From: the human T2T-CHM13v2.0 reference genome, Homo sapiens
Strand: one strand, 5' to 3'
Length of the DNA: 64,000 nt
Assembly (NCBI RefSeq): GCF_009914755.1
Contig: NC_060927.1
The translations under genes were made by a program, and so were the position numbers. This document shows, piece by piece, positions 50,871 through 64,000 of this stretch. Position 1 is the first letter of the stretch, and each line of letters opens with the position of its first letter. The notes beneath the pieces were generated by a model, which had not been told where the DNA came from, did not search any database, and saw only the letters and a program-made list of their open reading frames with translations.

Positions 50871-53800
50871 ATGTATGTACGTTATTTAAGCCTAAGTTAT
50901 AACTCTATTCAGTGTGAAGCAGGCAAGATATCTCGAGTGAAAGAGTGGATAAAAGAGAGTTTTCACTTGGTTAGGGAGGTTAAGAAGGATCACCTAAGAA
51001 AAAGCCACTGAAGTGGAGATCCAAAGGAGAAGTATTTTCTTCTCAAATGAGGAATTTTCAGCACATAGAAGGTACTTTAAAAAAAAAAAGAGAATGAACG
51101 TTTTCCTCAAATTAAACAGACACATTTAATAAAAATAGCTGTTATTTACCTAAGGCTTTCTACACACATCAATATTATCTCAGGTAATTCTCAACCATAT
51201 GAGAGAACATCGTTTCTTTTATTTCTTTTTATAACAAATTCAAAAGATAGATTAGGAATTGGATAGTGAGTAAAAGGTAACACAAACTATCTACTACTTT
51301 CAATCCCAATCACAAATTATTCTAGAGGTCCTTACCCAAATATTTTCCTCAGAAGAGATGTTATCTTTTTCCTTTCCATCAGAAGAAGCGAGGCGAGTAA
51401 CCTTAACCTAACATTTGAATGTATTTGTCCCAAATATATTCTTTAACTTCACTTCCTGAATAAGATTTTCCTCCTGCTCTCACTCATTGCTGTACCGAAA
51501 TATTTAATTGAGTGAAATATTAAAGTAGGGGTTTGATAAGTGGCTGCTGCATTTTATTTTAACGAATGTGATGGGTTATCAAAATTGCTGCACTGTAGCC
51601 GTCTCTCTATAAATAGAAACCTATTACTAAAGGGTTCAGAATAATTACAATATTATCCCAAATATCACTATGTGCTAGGCCTGTCACATAGTAGATACTC
51701 AATAAATGATGACTCCTTAATGATGAATCTCAAATAATTTTTCTTTGACAAGCTATTGCTATTGTGACTGAATATTCATGTGAGGGGTCACTTCCAGGGT
51801 TAAAGACTGTGGTCAAAGGAGCAGGCAAAGCTCGCTAGATTAGGGAAATTGTCCTCATTGTTCTTACCTCATTAGCATTATTTCCAGGGTTCTTGAGCCC
51901 AATACCAAAAATAGGCCTTATGATTGTGTTAAAAAAAAATCATAGTTCCCATCTACATGAACACAAGCTTGGAAGAGTGGAAATAGATATATATTTTGAA
52001 ATAACTTTTAAAAATGTGATCCTGAATGAGCTCTATACAACAATATTTTTCTACTGAAATTTAGAAACAACATCCCCAATGCCTTAAGTACCATTAACAG
52101 CAGGCTTCTGATGTATTTTTATAAAGGCAAAATTCTCCCCTAACTTCCACAAACAGGTAATTGATTTTTTTCTTTTATTTTAATTCTTAGAGCATTGAGA
52201 AATTTCTTTCTGTTCCCAACTATAATGAGAGCTCTGTTGAGGAGATTTGTCTCTGTAGCTAATTTTTCATGCTTATCAGTCATAGGGTTATCTTCATTTT
52301 AACACCCTTACTGATTCAGATATTTTGCATGAATTATCTGCATTAGTCCTGTAGAGGATTTCAAACTTACTCAGTAATGCCTGCAGTTCCTCATTCACTT
52401 TTGCTAAAAGAAACTGTTCTGATTTAAAAAAAAAAAAAGGAAAAAGCTTTTTTTTTTTTTTTTTAAGGCTACAAATAATACCCTCAGTTTGCATAGGGAT
52501 CATTAACTTTCCTTGACAGAGGTTTAATTTCCATCAGACATTTTACACACTCTGACCAGTAATGCATTCAGACTCACCAACCAGTCCTGCTAAGAAATGA
52601 GTGTGTATTGGTAGTGTTTAACTGTAAAATGGGACCAAGAAGCCAAGCACTGTCTGCCACTGAGTACGAGGTTACTATTGATTTCTATCTTACTCTTTTA
52701 CTCCACTGATTTGATTTCTATTAAAATTCTGCCACAGGTTCATTCTCTGGGTCAACTCTGCCATCACAACCATGTGCAGTGACTTCACCCAGGTTTCTGT
52801 CATCATGATTTTACTCTTAAGATCTCCTCATCCAGCGCTTTCTAGTTATTCTAGAATTCTTGTTACAACCACCCCTCAGCAGGTTTATCTACCCCTCTTT
52901 CATTCTATTTTTTTCTTCCTATATTCTTCTCTTATCCATTGTGATCATACATGTGTGAGGAAAAATATGTTGGGATTCTAAAATGCCATCTAAGTCCCTG
53001 AGTTATGATTCTGAGAAGACACGGATAGTTCTTCATCATCAGGAGAGCAATATTAATGAATTCTTTCTTCTTATAGTTTTTCTTCATAAGAACTGTCCAC
53101 ACTCTCTCCCCTCCCTAACTCGCCCCTTCCATTTTGGAAGCTTTCCAGCAATAAAGCAGAAGGAGGCAGTCTGAGAAAGGTTAGGCAAACACAACAATAT
53201 TACCGGAATAAGTAACATATTGCTCATTAAACATTTAAAATCAACAGTTGCTTGCTCGATCTGCCAATATTTTGAGAAATGCCAGTTTTACTGCTAGGTG
53301 CCACTTGGCTTGAGCTTCTTAATTCATGATTTGTGAACTGACATCCGGGATAACAAAACCTTATTCCAGTTAGAATTTTGCCATCAAGAGAAAAGCTGAA
53401 ATATCACAACACAAAGCTCCCTGTTTTTTTTTTCTCCTTCCTGCCTCCTTCCTCCCTCCCACCCTCATGCCTCTGCCTTCATTCCAGAAACAAATGGATG
53501 TGTTAAAACAGTGAAATGTGTTTGTGGAAGATAAATAGTTTATCTTAAATATACTGTTGTAGTGTCAAACCGAGTCTCAAATACATGTACATATTTTATT
53601 CACAGACATAACATTTCAAAATGAGTAGCTTTTTTCTTCTTCAAACATTTATACATGAGCGTAATGCCTACAAAAAATAAAAACAGAACGACAATGTAGC
53701 TCAGATCTTATCAGCATTATGTGCTAATCTCATCAAGAGCACGGGCCCAGAGTGTAGTATTTTGTTTCAAAAAAAGGCATCCCTTCCCTACTAGAAGCAG

Positions 53801-54604
53801 AGGAAAGTTTCTGGACTTTTAACACATCTCTCTCTTTTCCCTCAAATATTTTGAAGCTTTGTTTTATTTTCACTTTGCTGCCACAAATGTGATATCCTGG
53901 CCAAAGCTTCTAATCACGTGGGCATGCTTTCTGTGTCCTTCAGCAAGGGAATAATTTGGTCTGTTGGAGCATCAGAAACTATGCATCTGGTGCTATGATA
54001 TTTTGGGGAGGGGGGTTGCAAAAATTTTTTAAAATGTGGTTCCCATCCTTAGGTAGATCACAGGCTACTGAAGAGACAGCTAAGCAAGCAAATGATGACA
54101 CGTAGCAATAAGCACAGTAACCAAGCTGTTTTGACCTTCTACTACAGTCAAGATTTTAAACTTAATGGGAAAGAAGGTGTGCCATCAGGCCAATGAGCTC
54201 CATCTCCCTGGGCCATACCCGGAGACACGATTGTTCTGCAGTATATGTGAAGTGTGGGAGTACCAATGCTGATTTGATAAGATGAGGATTCTTGGCATCC
54301 ACAGTCTTAAATGTGGTAATCAGAACTCAGAAAGGGGAATATCACAGAAAAGTGAGACTCTTGATGAATGTCCTCCCAGAACAGTAATCTCTTAGCATGA
54401 GGCCATCTAGAAAGATGGAGACCAAGGGAAAGGTGAAGGAGGGCACTTTGTACCAAGCCTACTACCACTGGTTATGGGATATGTTACATTTAAGAAACAC
54501 AATGATGAAGTATTGTTGTTCTGGTTATAAAGAGTGACAAACAAGGAAGAGATAAGAAAACGCATCTGCCTCAGACATTATTAACCAATAAAAGATTTAC
54601 TTGA

Positions 54605-54946
<342 letters not shown>

Positions 54947-56289
54947 TAATAGAATTGTAATAATAATAACAACAACAATGGTGGCCCATGTCACCAATTC
55001 CAGGAGTTAGAATTACTTGGGAATGCTATGTGTATGGCAGCTATAAAGGATATGATAGATCTGATTAGTTTTGGTGAATTATGGGGTCAACTTGAGTAGT
55101 GGAGACTGATGCTTCTGAAGCCTTGGTATTTGCCATGTCTGTAAGTTGAATACATTACTCCAAAGCTGCAGGACACATGTCTCAAAATGTTGATGAAAGT
55201 TACATGACAGCAAATTTATAATAGGCCCTACATAATCACTCTCATGCCTTTGGGGCTGCAAGTTCAGTCAAGTTTATGTCATTATTACCATTCCTTGGGC
55301 TTACAGAGGACAAATTTTATGATCCAAGAAGTACAAATCCAGCCAAGCAAGTAAATGGGTTCAGATTTATTGTGAAGATACACTTATCTACCCTTTTCTG
55401 TTACCCATGACACAGATCTACAAATGTGTACATTTAACAATATTAATGGAAATTGTCAATTTCAAATTACCCAAGCCATTGGAGACTTGGAATATCATAA
55501 ATACACAAATAAAACCCAAAGATAAAGTTTAAACTTTATACTAGTAAAGAATTTCAAGTTCCACTCCAGTCACTGAAACATTTATTAGTTATATCAGGTG
55601 GAAATACTGACTAATATGGGTTTTATAAGTTTATATAGATGTTGTATGTATTGGTTTATACTGTAAATAATAAATAAAAAGCTGACATTAGAAGGTAGAA
55701 AGAGACGTAGTCATTCACTCATCCATCAAGAAAACATATCATTAGTGCCTATAACATGCTCCATTAAGCATGGGCTGTACCAATGGAGGGCAGGGTTCTT
55801 GTCCTTCAGGGGCTCACAGTTGAGTGACAATTTTAAGACTAGTAGTTACCCCTGAACAATTTAAAATTGGCTAATTGGCTAAGCCAATGTGTAGATGAGA
55901 AATAATGGCATCTTATTAAGAAAGAGGCTAACTTTTCACAAAAGAGGCCTGGGTAAAACTCAGAGCCATGGGATATAAGCCCTGGGTACTACAAATATAG
56001 CCTTCCTTTTCAGGTTCTTTATTAAAAATTTTTATGGTAATCCCTATATCACAGATCAAAACCCTTAATGTGAGTTTAAAATGTTAGCATAAAACATAAG
56101 CTTGGTGTTTGTGAATCTGAATTCATTCAATTTATCATTGAAAAAAATTCTAATTAGGTATAAGAATTAAGAACCAGCAAAGAAACACAAAGGTAAAAAT
56201 AAAAAGATCTTACAGATTTGAATACACTGAATGCAACAGATATTCCAAGGACAAACTCTAATGCCTAAACCAACATACACTGGGATAGC

Positions 56290-56640
56290 AGAGTGGATAT
56301 CAGTGATTTCTCCGGTGACCATTTCTGTGTCACTATTCTCTGGACACACTGATTGATCCAAGAGGGAAAAATGACTTAGGCTAGACTAATAAAACTCTCT
56401 CCTGGAAATGTGAAACTTGAATGGAGTGTCTCAGATAACGAGTTTCATTAATGGCATCATGTTATAGAGAAACTCCCCAAACAACTCCTTCTTAAGAGTT
56501 GCCTTATTTTGCCTTATAAAGAATATATTGTTCCATTTTTCCTTTAAATTTATAATTTACTTCAAATTCTTAAATTTTGTTTTGCCTTTTGTCAGGCGAG
56601 TTAGTTTCTGTTGTTTACAATCAAAGGGCACCAACAAATA
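56290..56640 (+). mobile_element. Degraded MLT1 (J/K-like) LTR
   Basis: ctgattgatccaagaggg...taggctagactaat and terminal gagttagtttctgttgtttacaatcaaa resemble old MLT1 LTRs. Confidence 0.5.
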
Positions 56641-56900
56641 TAAATATTTGACAACCAAATTTTCCTCTTGAGATGCTCTTGAAAACAACTTTAATATCCC
56701 AGGGTCTCTATTTTAATAAAGGACTACGCTGAAAATTCTGTTTGTTTACCAAAACTTCTAAATCACTGGGAAAACATAAGGTCAGGATTATGAGTAAAAT
56801 TAATGTAACCACTGAGTAAATAGAGAATATTTTTAATAAGTTTGAAAATCAGATTAAAAGATCATGGTTACTTTGAGGCCTAAACATTAAAAATCTGCTA

Positions 56901-57259
<359 letters not shown>

Positions 57260-58004
57260 TACTGTACATAGTGCCATTATGTGCCATTTCCAGTAAGATC
57301 TGTCATCCTTACACCCAAGTTATTAATATCATACTTCAACAAGTAGTGTTTTTACAGTTTGCCACTTGCATTCATAAATGCTGCTGCCGCTAAGGGTGGC
57401 ATGTGACCATGTTCATGAAAAGTGTTATGCACATAACCATTGCTCTTTGCCAGCCTGGACACTCTTGAAAACCTCCTGAGCATTAGTAAATCAAATTGTC
57501 ACACCTGTGCCTTCTAACATTTGAGGACTAGCTTGGACCCATTTAGAAAAAGCAATCCATATTTGGATGTTACTTGTCTACTCTGTATTTCCAATTCTTT
57601 TGTGAGTATTATAGAGTCATTCTGCATTGTTTTCAGCCTTGCAGTGTGCTAGGTTAGTATTTCTTCCACCGACCTTGTTAATCATCTCATCCATACAGTT
57701 GCTTATGAATAGTGTTGCCTTCCTTGTCAATAAGAGCTATATTAAGAGCAAGCATCCTTTTACTGCTTCTTGACTGGTTGTGTTCTTGGACTTGGCGGTT
57801 GTTTATATTCACTTGCTACTTAAGTGTGGGTTCTAAAATGACACTGATTAAGCCAGATGGGATATGTGCAGTGTGTTGAATAAGATTCATTGCCATAAAG
57901 ACAAATTGGAAAATATCATCCTTCCCATAAAATGTGAATTTGTTTTAGAGTCAGATTGGGTCATACCCATCCCTTCACTCATCTAATAAATATTTATTGA
58001 TTAT

Positions 58005-58456
58005 TGCAGTAGATGCCTTAAATACCCAGTCCAGATTCCCTTTCCTGAACGTGCACCTGTCTCTCAGCTGTTCTTAGAACTGTGATTAGTAACATCCACC
58101 TGGGGCCCTCTCTGGAGAATTGCTGGTGGATGATAGCCAATATGTCCAGAAATTCCTGGCTGGTTACAATTTCCCTGCTCCCAAGTGATTAATGATAGAC
58201 TGTTTCAAGGTTTAAAAAGTGAAGCCCCTTGTCTCAAGGTGAGAAAACTCTGCAGTGCTATTTACAATATAGAGCATCACCATGTATCAGGACAAGGTGA
58301 GAGTTTTCCTAAGGCAATATTCTTTTTTGAACCTTTCCTCTTTCCTATCCCACTTCTCTCCTGCTTATAGGTTTTTCTGAGCAACACTCCTCAATAACTC
58401 ACATACACCTAACACACTGTCTCAGGCTCTGTAATTAAGAAATCTGACCTAAGACA
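58005..58456 (+). mobile_element. LTR16-family (ERVL) solo LTR inserted in an L2 fragment
   Basis: gccccttgtctcaaggtg..aactctg; aata..tcac...tctcaggctctg...gacctaagaca terminus; L2-like text on both sides. Confidence 0.7.
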
Positions 58457-60269
58457 ACTACCCACCTTGTACCAGGTGCTGGACTAGGGCTAAATATTTT
58501 AATAAGATTTTTGCTCAAGGATCTTTTTAAGACTTTTATAAATAAGACAATCTTTCCAATAAGATTGTCCCTTCATTCAAGGGCTTGAGGTTTCCTTCTG
58601 AATTTTTCCAGATACATTCTGATTCAGTAACTGCTGAATAATAAGTGGTTTTCTTGATTCACAATTTCCAATTTCTCTGAATCCATACATTTTTGATATA
58701 CCTTACTTTATTCAAGAGCCATTCTCCTAAAAATTTGCATAATAGAGTTCCCATAGACTCATATTTGAAATGGCATAAGAGAGTATACTATTTAAGTACT
58801 CTTGTTAATTTTTCCATAAACTGAATTATTAATCACTAAACTCATCTGTTTTGAAATATGAATTTTCATATGTCACATTGACATAAAGAAAGGACTACTT
58901 TACTGGATAATGCATTGATACCAAAGGAATTTTCTGGCATCTTCTCTCCCTCATCTCTCACCCTCACCCCATTCTTATTTTTGGACTCCTATACCTGTTT
59001 TTATGGTTGTAACAAGCTGGCTCCAATTCCTCCATCCAGCCAAGTTTACCTCATGCTGATAAAAAACAAAACAAAACCCTAGCAGCTTTCCCCCACTTGT
59101 ATCCTTATGCTCAGGTTATGTGATAGATAACTATCTGGACGATAGTTAACTATAGTTACTGTAGATACTATAGATACTGTAGTTACAATCTTCCATATAG
59201 ATAACTATATGGAAGAATTTGTGCAGAGAGAATGAAGCAGATAGATTGAAGGAGAAAGAGAACTAGGGGTCAATTCCTGTTCCACTAAATTCCAAAGCAT
59301 TATTTATATTTTTCTCAGTTCTTAAAACTTTATTTCATCAATTGCCACTGGTAACAAGAAGGCAACGGGGTAGGCCTGGGGAACACATTGATTAAACAGA
59401 GGATTTTGTACATTGCCATCTATTAGAACACATTTGGGTTAGAGAACAGGGAAGTGACTAAAAGGGATAGGAAGTGTAAAGGTAAGGAGGTGAGAAGATA
59501 AACAGAAAGGTAAATAGAAGAAAAAGTGATTGGGAACAGAGAGTGAGGATCAATAATAAGGAACACAGAGGAGCCTTAGTAGATGTAGATGCCTTAGTGC
59601 CAACCTGCACTTGGCCAGTGGTGGTCCTCAGGGAGGTTGAAACAGTAGTCCTAATGTGATATATTTTGATGGAACCAGGGTTGGAAAATACGCAATAATC
59701 ACTCTGAATGCACTGGAAGGGATGGGCATATTATTGAGCTGACAGTGTATATAATGTAGGCAGTGTATATAGATGGTAGATGCATGGAAATCAGGTTCAA
59801 GTTGTAACTGATTGGGTCCTCAAGCAACCACTGAATCCACATCTGTAGGAATCCCAGATCTAAATCTAGTGAAGGGGAGTAATCCTGCCTGTTCTCTTTT
59901 TATGCATTACTGTAGATGTATTTATACACAAATGGTAGGGTATTATACCATAGGAAAAAATGGAACCTTACAAAAGAAGAATGAATCAGGATTTGGCACA
60001 GATGGCTAAAGGTAAAAAGAAATATTTTTATCTTATGAGGGGACACAGTGAAAGATAAAATAAGAGAGTGAATGGAATAGAAAAAAATGAAAGACATTAA
60101 TGATAAGTCAAACTAAGAAACTCAACTAATTTCTTAAATCTTGCTTTAATAAGAAAACAATTACTGTGTATGATTAGGATATAATTAAGATTCTGCAAAA
60201 ACAGCTTCTAAAAGCAGAGAATGTAGTAATTGGAAAATTTGAACATTAACAAATCAATGATTCTGGGAC

Positions 60270-60635
60270 TATGATGCCCACAATTGACTTGATAGTAGGG
60301 TGTCACAGTGATTGAATTTGATTTTTGCAAAGGGATGAAGAAAAGAGAGAGCTCTATGTATATATAAAAGATGTAGTAATAATGGGTGAATGGAACTAAT
60401 CTTCATAATACATAAAGAGAATGATTTTGGAGGCTGAATTAAGCAGTTTTTGAAAGGAACAGATGTTCTTAGAGAACAATCTTAAACATCAAGATGACAG
60501 GTAAGCAATATTATCTCGAGAAGAACAAATGGTGGACATCATTTCTGATAGCTTTAAGATGGACAGAATTCTAAGGAAGTAATAAAAGGCAACGAAGGGC
60601 AACTCATAGTTGAATTTCAATAAATGTAAAATAGA
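60270..60635 (+). mobile_element. Possible highly decayed CR1/L3 reverse-transcriptase fragment
   Basis: Weak resemblance only (ttgatttttgcaaagg; gaagatgac-like; ttcaataaatgtaaaat). Confidence 0.3.
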
Positions 60636-62239
60636 CATTAAATATTCTAATTCAATTCAAATTCAATCTGAAATTAATGCTGTTGGATTGGCAATTAGTA
60701 AAGGTTGATCATGGACGATTAGAGATGTGGTTCTGGTGATCTCTAGTGAGTCTATTATAAGGTTCATCACTGTATAGAAGATGACTACGGAGGGCTCGCA
60801 GATGGCACTGGATGTAAAGATATTGCAAATATCGGGGAACAGAAAACAATGCAAGGAATGCCAACAAGTTTACAAATACGAGCAGAAGTCATCTAAAATA
60901 AGATTGAGCTTTGAAATATACACGCTTTAGCAGAGGATAAAACAATCTAACAAACACACATATTCACTAACAAGATGGACCTGGAAGTCAATAACATAAA
61001 AAAGAATAAACACGAATGATTATAAGAAACACAAGTATATTCTGCATATAGCAAATGTAATAAAAGAGGTATTCCTTTAGATGTGGAGTGTAAGGAAGCA
61101 CTCTTCAAAGGTCAGGCAAATTGATTTTGAAAAGAAATGTCATTAATAGGTAGTATGTACAAAATACTAAAAAAGGCGTTCACAGAAGAAAGTATATTAA
61201 ATATATAAAATTGAACTTGGTATCTTTATAATCCAAGTAAAAACATTTAGGGAACTTACAGAAGTGAAGAGGAAGGGAAAAACACAAATGAGAAGGAGAA
61301 GTGCAAGAATAATGCAAACTCATTCAACAAGTACTTAAATTTAACACCTGCAATGTGCAGTGCCATGTGGCTGGTGTTCTGGGTGGGAAAAAGGCAGAAT
61401 TTGCGTTTGTCTGTTCCTGTCCTTCAGTGTTTCATTCCTCTTTAGGAGAGAGATTTATACACAACAGAAGCTATTTTGTGTTCAAGAATTTTAAGAGTTG
61501 TAAGTGTGGAAACTGCAAAAAGGACAGTTGGAGTGACAGAGATCCAAGGTTCATTATGATTATGAGATTGTCTATGTGCCCAGGAGAGATAATCTCAGTT
61601 CCCTTCTATATTACAATTTCATGGTTATTAGTTCTGAAGAAAAACTAGAAGACTAGTGGGGAAGCTAGGTTATATTGACCAACAAAATATGAGGACAGAC
61701 TGAAAGAGGTAAGTTTAATATCAGCTAAAGTCTTGGGCAGCTGGTCAGAATCCAGACTGGATTCATGCTGTCATCAGCAGAGGTCAATTTGAAAGGTAAA
61801 CAACTTTTGTGTGTGTGGGGGTGGGTGGGGGGACAAGTATCTGCTGCATAAAGCAAGATAGATGCTTCTTATCAATCAAGAAGCATTTAGATGCTTCTTA
61901 TCAATCGGAATACTGGAAACAACTTAGAAATGGCAAGGCTTAAGTTAGAGTCAATACTCATGCAGGCTAATGCTACCAGGATCTGAAACAGTACCACGGA
62001 CAGCTCTCTTAAGGCTGGAGAGCCTGAAAAAAAACCATTGCCCAATGATCCCCAAAACTACAAAGTGAGTACTTGACCTCTTAAAGCACTGAATAAAAGA
62101 CAACATTGGAATTTTCATCTGCAACAGAGGTTTGTCTATCCAGATATGACTTTTAATGGTTAATTGGTTTCTTTAAGTCTTTGGCAAAGACTTATTGTTT
62201 GAGAGCACAGATTCTCTCTGTGCTTCAGAGAACCAGGAG

Positions 62240-62478
62240 TTCTAGTGTTTGAGGACAAGGGAACAGCTATGTTTAAGCTCAAAAAAAGAGAAAGAAAGAA
62301 CTTGCCCTTCCTCTGCCTTTTCATACTAATCCATATCAGTGAGGAGGCATCTTCTTTACTGGTAATGCAAATGCTAATGTCTTCTAGAAATACCCTTACA
62401 GACAGACTCAGAAAAAAATGTTTTAACAGCTATCTGGGTACCCCTAAGCCCAGTCCAACTGACACATAAAATTAAACA
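62240..62478 (-). mobile_element. MLT2 (C/D-like) ERVL LTR fragment
   Basis: caaatgctaat.tcttc.agaaa.accct.acagac...cagctatctggg...agcccagtc.aa.tgacacataaaattaa is the reverse complement of the MLT2 5' end. Confidence 0.8.
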
Positions 62479-64000
62479 GTACACGAGGTATGTATGCTTA
62501 TCCAAACATGTATTCTTAATTTCTATATTTATCTTATTGTGAACTGTTAATAGTTTACCAATTGGCCATGACCCAGTCCATGGGTTACACTTCAAGTGGC
62601 AGTGATGTAAATGACAATATGCACTATTTAAAATCAGAACAAGAAAAGGTGGTTATTTAGTTGAAAGAATCTACATCCAAGCAAATGAAGTTCCAAAATT
62701 CCAAAACTCAACTCTAAATTCTCCATGTTTTTCTTTCAGACTTGAAATACTGGTAAGTATTTTATTCCTAGGTTTTCCCTAAACAAAATTGTTATTGGTG
62801 CTTTCACTTCTGACTTTAGTGCCTCTAGCTAATCTAGTCCTTATCCTTTATTGAGTGTTTGTCAGGAACAAAGTGGGAAAATAGAGCCAGCTCAATAGGC
62901 TAAAGCTGCATTTCCACAAACCCACTTCACTTATGGCCCAAGATGAAATGGAGCAGTTGTTTCTGAGAATGGGATATCATCTTAGGTTAACAATGTGTTA
63001 TCTTTTTTTCTGTATTTTGGAAATTGGAAACCACCTTGAGATACCAAGTCTACTTCTTTTTGTTCAAATGGTTGAGTGTTTCATTGCTGCTTATGTAAAC
63101 AGAGTTCAGCAATAATGTTCTCTTGGATAAACATGCTCAACTTTAATTATTTTTTAAAAACTATTCTCCCATGACGGAGACCTAATATGAAATGCTATGC
63201 CAGCATCAGCAATAATTAACATACAAGGCATTTTATATGTTCTCGATATTAGAACAACAGATTTTCTTTGAACCCCCTTGACCTTAAAACATGGGACAAA
63301 GGAATAGCCTATCTAAACAGGAAAGCCTAAATAATTTTCATGTTTTAGCAAATTCATTTTTTTCAAGTGACTCTTAATACTTTCTGATATTAAATAAATA
63401 TTCTATGGTGAGACTGATTATGATTAGAGGGGTGACTATGTAAGAGCAACTTTTCTCTTTCCCATTATATATATCATTTTATAATTTTATTATGTCTATG
63501 TATTTATGCATATGTAAGAACAGCTGTAATTTTTATCTTATAATATGAAATCAAAGTAAAGAAATATTTTAATAACTAGCAATAACAAAGTTCTGCATAT
63601 TAAGACCACTACCTTGCTCTTGATGAAATGAATGAAATACTTCAACAAGTGTCTGCCGTTTAATAATTTATTTGACTCAAATGTTGCTCTTTTGGTTTTG
63701 CATTAAGTAGAACAACTATATTGAAAGAATTCATGCAGGAAGATGCATATTTTAATTACATTTAACCTGTTTCTCTGTTAATTTGTTGGGGTACAGAGAT
63801 AAGATGTGGATTAAACATTTTCTGAAATGCGTTTTTCAGAGCCACAGGCAGAAGCTGAGGCCACCCTGTCATTTAATGAATTATCAGTTTAGCAGGCATT
63901 GGGTATCTATATATATCCACAATATTTTTAGTGACAAGGAGCAGTGGGAAGAAAATAGGTAGAAATTTAGAGCAGGCGACCTTGGGGAGATTTGGGAAGT

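Overview
Human (or great-ape) genomic DNA, AT-rich and almost entirely intronic. It holds the 3' part of LSAMP (IgLON-family GPI-anchored neural adhesion molecule) on the minus strand. Three constitutive coding exons are present with GT-AG sites and consistent phases: 28675-28809, 18642-18762 and 18029-18177, encoding the second half of Ig2 and all of Ig3. There is also a 36-nt in-frame cassette microexon at 10738-10773 encoding (K)RVLPTIPHPIQ. The upstream exons and the terminal GPI-signal exon are not in the window. The rest is about 11 Alus, a full-length 7SL retrocopy, solo LTRs (THE1D, MLT1A0, LTR16-like, MLT2-like), MER5/MER58 DNA transposons, MIR/L2/L1 fragments and microsatellites. I found no evidence of a new gene or multi-gene system. 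The most interesting signals concern RNA processing (the microexon and its motifs, a possible GPI-less read-through isoform, AG|GT candidate sites, Alu exonisation, circRNA geometry) and mutational footprints (a tailless Alu with a perfect TSD, a ~160-bp local duplication, hairpin-plus-duplication scars). Repeat subfamily calls and the LSAMP protein match come from recalled consensus sequences, not from a search.
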